Source: a virus (lineage: Duplodnaviria; Caudoviricetes). Taken from it: DNA of 44,850 nucleotides. The stretch is taken from positions 1 through 44,850 of IMG/VR virus record IMGVR_UViG_3300044652_000007; one strand, written 5' to 3'. A program made the translations under genes and the position numbers. The number at the start of each line of letters is the position of its first letter. Within the stretch, counting starts at the first letter, position 1. Shown here piece by piece: positions 42,075-44,850 of the stretch. The notes under the pieces were generated by a model that was not told the origin of the DNA, searched no databases, and was given only the letters and a program-made list of their open reading frames with translations.

Positions 42075-42314
42075 GGCGTTCCCCTCGGGGCGGGAGCGGC
42101 GCCGGCGGCGGGGTCGGCACGCAACGGCTCCGTCGGTTCGTCGCTCATGTCGCAGTCTCCGCCCCTGCCGTAGCGCGGCTCGTGCAGGTCGAAGCGGCGA
42201 TGCGTGCCCTTGCCTTTGCGGTTCCTGACGACGTACGTGCCGACCAATCGGCCGCACACCGGACACCGCTTCATGCTCGCGTCGACGCTCACGGCGTTCC
42301 CCTCGGGGCGGGAG
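42069..42314. repeat. Exact 28-bp direct repeat flanking one gene
   Basis: GCTCACGGCGTTCCCCTCGGGGCGGGAG at 42069-42096 and 42287-42314. Confidence 0.9.
42071..42292 (-). CDS. Hypothetical zinc-finger-like protein (73 aa)
   Basis: RCPVCGR...H...C; bracketed by the 28-bp repeats. Confidence 0.65.
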   Translation of the reverse strand: MSVDASMKRCPVCGRLVGTYVVRNRKGKGTHRRFDLHEPRYGRGGDCDMSDEPTEPLRADPAAGAAPAPRGTP

Positions 42315-42699
42315 GGGCGGGGCGCACGGCCTGTCGCTCCCGCACGTGCGCGAACACCTCGCGCAGCGCGTTCGCCATCGCGGTCCGCCGCCGCGCTGCC
42401 TTGTCAGCCGCGTCGTAGATGCGCCAGTCGCAGCCCTCATACCGCTCCAGAGCCGCGTCGATCTCGGCCAGCGTCGGTTCCGTCGGGAAGCCCTCGTGGG
42501 TGGGGCGGGCGGGACCGGTGACGGCCATCGCAGCGCGCAGACGCCAGAGGTGGGTCACGTTGATGCGGCAGTCGGTGTCCGGGTTGCGGCATTCGCGATC
42601 AGACGACGCGTGAAGGACAGCCGCCACAGCGGCACGCAGCACGTCCTCCTCCTCGGGGGCAGACGGCGGCGCTTCTTCCGGAGAAGGGGGCATGCTCAC
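42289..42699 (-). CDS. Hypothetical protein (136 aa)
   Basis: GTGA overlap; protein-like C-terminal part of ORF 42289..43272. Confidence 0.6.
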   Translation of the reverse strand: MSMPPSPEEAPPSAPEEEDVLRAAVAAVLHASSDRECRNPDTDCRINVTHLWRLRAAMAVTGPARPTHEGFPTEPTLAEIDAALERYEGCDWRIYDAADKAARRRTAMANALREVFAHVRERQAVRPAPPAPRGTP

Positions 42700-42974
42700 C
42701 ACTCCGTCGAGCAGATGACGCACGGGAACGAGTCGCACTCGGCGATCACCTGCGCGAGCGTGATGCGGCCGGTCTTCTCCTCGTCGCGCCAGATCGTCTT
42801 GGTCAGCGGCACCTCGTCGGGCTCGTCGCCGTTTTCGTCCACGTCGGAGCCGTACTCCTTCACGTGCCAACGGATCGCCTCGTCCCACGTCTCGGCCGCG
42901 ACGATGTCTTCGTCGCAGACCTGCCAGGCGCGGATCTTGGTGCGGTCGATGCTTGACCCAGATGTGGTGTCCAT
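42696..42974 (-). CDS. Hypothetical acidic protein (92 aa)
   Basis: MDTTSGSS...DIVAAETWDEAIRW...PCVICSTEW. Confidence 0.68.
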   Translation of the reverse strand: MDTTSGSSIDRTKIRAWQVCDEDIVAAETWDEAIRWHVKEYGSDVDENGDEPDEVPLTKTIWRDEEKTGRITLAQVIAECDSFPCVICSTEW

Positions 42975-43030
42975 GTCTCTCGTCCCGTGGTGCGTAGTAG
43001 TGATCGGAGGGGATGTTCCCGGTCGTGCCG

Positions 43031-43510
43031 TTACGCATCCGGATGGTGGAGGTTGACGCCGTAGCGACCCGCGAGCGCTTCGATCTCCGCCGCGGTGTAG
43101 GCGCGGTTCGCCTCCAGGTCGCGGTTCGGGTGCTTGTACCACCACAGGCAGAGGCCGGTGAGGTGATCGTGGAAGTACTCCTTCCCCATCTCGCACCAAT
43201 CGCAGTCCGGCGACTCACACCAACAGAACGCGCGAATGCTGTAGTCGCCGCGGTTGAAGCCCTGGTAGCCACCGTCGTGACGATCCAGCAGCAGGTTCGC
43301 GAGCGTGCCTGCCAGCGAGCCGTTCCAGTCCTCGCCGGTGGCGTGGCGCTGCGTCACGATCTCGGCAGCGTAGACCGAGTGATGGACGATCGGCTTGCTG
43401 CTGTACGTCGTCTGCACGCTGTTGCGCGCGCCGAAGTGGAAGCCGCCGTATTTGATATACGGCGGCGTGTACCGCTGCACGAGGTCGCTGTCGAACTCGG
43501 TGTCGCTCAC
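43031..43510 (-). CDS. Hypothetical protein (159 aa)
   Basis: IRAFCWCESPDCDWC...WWYKHPNRD; GGGAGA RBS, GTGA overlap. Confidence 0.68.
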   Translation of the reverse strand: MSDTEFDSDLVQRYTPPYIKYGGFHFGARNSVQTTYSSKPIVHHSVYAAEIVTQRHATGEDWNGSLAGTLANLLLDRHDGGYQGFNRGDYSIRAFCWCESPDCDWCEMGKEYFHDHLTGLCLWWYKHPNRDLEANRAYTAAEIEALAGRYGVNLHHPDA

Positions 43511-43815
43511 ATCTTCTCCCGGGCGGGCGGTTGAGGGGCGGCGGACTCGTACAGGTGCCACACTGTATCGCCGCCGTTGATCAGCGTCGTACCGCGATGC
43601 GTCAGCCGCGGATCAACCTCTGCGCCTGTCGGCAGGATGATGAACTTCCGCGACTCGATGCGGTTGCCGGGGCTCATGTCGCCCTCGCACCACACCGAGA
43701 AGCCGTTGCGCGCAGGCTGGAAATCGAAGTGCAGAAGCCTGGCGCCGGCCGGCATGTCGACGGCGATCGTCTCGTGGACCGTGTTGAGCCCGTAGCGAAG
43801 GATTTGCCTGCTCAC
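43507..43815 (-). CDS. Conserved phage hypothetical protein (102 aa)
   Basis: ILRYGL...MPAGARLLH...VW...F....TG...RGT....G..VWHLYE pattern seen in phage accessory genes. Confidence 0.72.
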   Translation of the reverse strand: MSRQILRYGLNTVHETIAVDMPAGARLLHFDFQPARNGFSVWCEGDMSPGNRIESRKFIILPTGAEVDPRLTHRGTTLINGGDTVWHLYESAAPQPPAREKM

Positions 43816-44462
43816 GACTCCGCCCCCTCCCCCTGGTCTCCCTCGGCGGCTGCGAGGGCGCGGCTCAGGATGCCGTGGATGCGGCAGGCACCGCAATCGT
43901 CGTCGCCCGGCCCCTCGTCATGGCCTTCTTGCATGAGTTCGTCGCAAGCCTCTTTGATGGCCGCGCGCAGCCGGTCGCGGTCGGCCTCAAGGTGGCGGCA
44001 GCGCCAGGTCCAGTAGTCGATGCCCCCCTTGGTCGCCGTGTCGAGCCGCTTCCAAGCTACGTCCTTAGATTCGACGGCCTCGTCCCGCTCCCGCTCGGCC
44101 CGCTCCGCGCGGGCGATGGCGGCGTCGCGCTCTCGTTTGATTGCTGCCACCTCTTCCGGCAGGCCAGCGAGGAACCCGAGCGACACATGCTTTGTGCATG
44201 CGCCGTCGGTGGCGTTGACGGTCGCGACCAGGATGCGCTTGGCCTCGTCGCGCTCCTTCTCGCGATCGTAGACCTCGGCGAGTCTGGTCCGGGCCAGCGC
44301 GAATCCTTCGTCCCGCTCCTTCTCCGCCGCCGCGAGGCGAGCGCGGAGGTCGGCGATGTAGCACTGGAAGTGCGTGTACGTGTCGCCTTCGATCAGGCAG
44401 CTAGCCGCGGCGGCGTCACCTATTACGTTCACGTGGCAGATTGGGCAGCGATAGTCGCTCAC
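43812..44462 (-). CDS. Coiled-coil phage protein (216 aa)
   Basis: Repeated ERDEA/ERDAA units, terminal CPIC and CGAC; GTGA overlaps. Confidence 0.7.
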   Translation of the reverse strand: MSDYRCPICHVNVIGDAAAASCLIEGDTYTHFQCYIADLRARLAAAEKERDEGFALARTRLAEVYDREKERDEAKRILVATVNATDGACTKHVSLGFLAGLPEEVAAIKRERDAAIARAERAERERDEAVESKDVAWKRLDTATKGGIDYWTWRCRHLEADRDRLRAAIKEACDELMQEGHDEGPGDDDCGACRIHGILSRALAAAEGDQGEGAES

Positions 44463-44728
44463 GGCTTCTCCCCACCGCAGACGCGGTCGTACTCGGCCAG
44501 CGCTTCGATGACATCGCAGCGCGCCGAAAGCAGATGCCCGGGGTAGTCCTTCACCTTCCGCGCCGCCTCAACCACCCGCTCCGCCGCCTCTAGCCGATCC
44601 AGCAGGGCCAAGATGGCTTCGGGCTGCGAGACGATCGCCAGCATGCCGATATGCGCCTCGGCGCCTTCGTGTCCGCCTTGCGTCGCCTTCTCGGCCAGAG
44701 CGCGGAGTTGATTGATGGTGGGGGTCAT
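44459..44728 (-). CDS. Second ead/Ea22-like paralogue (89 aa)
   Basis: MTPTINQLRALAEKAT...PEAILALLDRLEAAERVVEA; ATGA overlap. Confidence 0.72.
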   Translation of the reverse strand: MTPTINQLRALAEKATQGGHEGAEAHIGMLAIVSQPEAILALLDRLEAAERVVEAARKVKDYPGHLLSARCDVIEALAEYDRVCGGEKP

Positions 44729-44850
44729 GGCTTGATCCCGTCGATGATTTTTTGAAGTCGCTCGGCCAACTCCTGGACTTCCCACTGAGCGTTGTGGACC
44801 GCACTGTCTAGCTTCTCAGCGCGGTCTTGCTCTGTGTAGGCAAGCCTCCG
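44725..44850 (-). CDS. 3' end of a gene truncated by the window end
   Basis: Open frame RRLAYTEQDRAEKLDSAVHNAQWEVQELAERLQKIIDGIKP-stop, ATGA-coupled to the next gene. Confidence 0.6.
   Translation of the reverse strand, partial: RRLAYTEQDRAEKLDSAVHNAQWEVQELAERLQKIIDGIKP

Larger units (their letters stand above)
1..44850. mobile_element. Temperate podovirus genome (BPP-1/epsilon15-like virion module), unintegrated form, near complete
   Basis: Complete head/tail gene set, integrase, intact attP in the interior, no host housekeeping genes; both ends lie in the same minus-strand accessory run. Confidence 0.93.

Overview
The window is a high-GC, apparently near-complete temperate podovirus genome in its unintegrated (intact attP) form; both window ends fall inside the same minus-strand accessory gene run. 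The virion module resembles Bordetella phage BPP-1/epsilon15: terminase, GNAT, portal, scaffold, major capsid, Bbp16-type cement, tail tubular A/B, three ejection proteins and a tail fibre. The early module is lambdoid: replication initiator with internal repeats, RecU-like resolvase, RecE-like exonuclease and a tyrosine integrase. The integrase is followed by an attP carrying the 3' half of tRNA-Phe(GAA). Most notable observations: (1) two separate divergent repressor/Cro-like switches sit on opposite sides of attP, each with its own operator motif; (2) the 17-bp palindrome of the second switch (GTATCCC-N3-GGGATAC) recurs in front of five virion-assembly genes, suggesting a dedicated late-gene switch or stoperator network; (3) a GTA-type head-spike base gene is followed by a 1028-aa lectin/Ig/SGNH-esterase protein; (4) the lysis cassette has a holin-like protein and a unimolecular-spanin-like protein but no recognisable endolysin, and a phospholipase A2-like gene sits in the head module. 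All family assignments come from motif recognition by eye, not database searches.
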